Assembly (NCBI GenBank): GCA_038735675.1
Contig: JAVYNJ010000013.1
Span: 1 to 17,622, forward strand
Direction of reading: 5' to 3'
DNA from: Nanopusillaceae archaeon
GTDB taxonomy: Archaea > Nanobdellota > Nanobdellia > Nanobdellales > Nanobdellaceae
Length of the DNA: 17,622 nucleotides
In this document: piece by piece, positions 17,328-17,622 of the stretch
How positions within the stretch are numbered: the first letter of the stretch is position 1
Layout: each line of letters begins with the position of its first letter
Notes under the pieces: model-generated
What the model saw: the letters and a program-made list of their open reading frames with translations, nothing else
Told to the model about the DNA's origin: nothing
The model's database searches: none
Position numbers and translations under genes: made by a program

Positions 17328-17622
17328 ATGAGACATCAAGAACAAATAATAAGTTATATTTTATTAGGTGCGGTTATTGTAGGAATAGCAATTGCTGTAT
17401 ATAGTTATGTTGTACCGATGATACAAAAATCGCATGTGAGAAATCTTGTAGTTTATTTAGAAAAAAATGTTAATAATTTAGCAGATGCAATTTCCTCTAC
17501 AGGTTTAAGATATGGGAGAACTTCCTTTGAACTTGAAGTTTCAAATGCTTTTTTAGAAATTGGGCATAATTTAATAAGATTAAAATTAAATACTCCTCTA
17601 CAATATTATTCATCTTTTGTTA
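17328..17622 (+). CDS. Hypothetical protein with a pilin-like N-terminal hydrophobic helix (5' part; runs off the window end)
   Basis: Not in the ORF track because there is no stop. My translation from the ATG at 17328 is MRHQEQIISYILLGAVIVGIAIAVYSYVVPMIQKSHVRNLVVYLEKNVNNLADAISSTGLRYGRTSFELEVSNAFLEIGHNLIRLKLNTPLQYYSSFV, open to 17622. It has a short polar leader then a ~22-aa hydrophobic helix like the adjacent pilin, but no canonical [KR]-G/A cleavage motif. Confidence 0.4.
   Translation, partial: MRHQEQIISYILLGAVIVGIAIAVYSYVVPMIQKSHVRNLVVYLEKNVNNLADAISSTGLRYGRTSFELEVSNAFLEIGHNLIRLKLNTPLQYYSSFV

Overview
A visibly very AT-rich (GC not computed), extremely gene-dense archaeal chromosomal segment. 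I can support 22 protein-coding genes, two of them truncated by the window edges. I found no rRNA, tRNA, CRISPR array, IS element or intein. Content is mostly information-processing and housekeeping: TtuA-type tRNA thiolase (partial, missing from the ORF track), the rpl18e-rpl13-rps9 cluster, a PRC-barrel protein, Cdc48/VAT, a ThiF/MoeB-type E1-like enzyme, an ArmA/RmtB (FmrO)-type 16S rRNA methyltransferase homologue, an Hjc-like nuclease, the PolD large subunit (DP2), diphthine synthase, a SpoIIM/DUF95 membrane protein, a short archaeosortase-family protein, a PUA protein, a wHTH-V4R regulator, Fap7/AK6 kinase, a thermosome, a coiled-coil protein with a polyproline tail, and archaeal type IV pilin-like genes. 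Lineage cannot be assigned from sequence alone; the divergence of the core proteins, broken operons and pervasive gene overlaps fit a small-genome (DPANN/Nanoarchaeota-like) archaeon. This is not an obvious accessory or defence island. The best candidate for something undescribed is the translationally coupled string Cdc48 (HbYX tail) -> Cys-less E1-like adenylyltransferase -> aminoglycoside-resistance-type 16S rRNA methyltransferase homologue. Other points worth a second look: perfect 96-nt and 32-nt nucleotide repeats between the D1 and D2 ATPase domains of cdc48 (possible intragenic gene conversion); a minimal archaeosortase in an overlapping three-gene operon with no visible substrate; an Hjc-like nuclease with Gln in place of the catalytic Glu; divergent gene pairs with TATA-like elements at a fixed distance from the ATGs (leaderless, shared or crossed promoters); a deviant thermosome GDGTTT loop; and a CCN-encoded polyproline tail next to the pilin genes. 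All functional calls rest on motif recognition by eye; no database search was possible.
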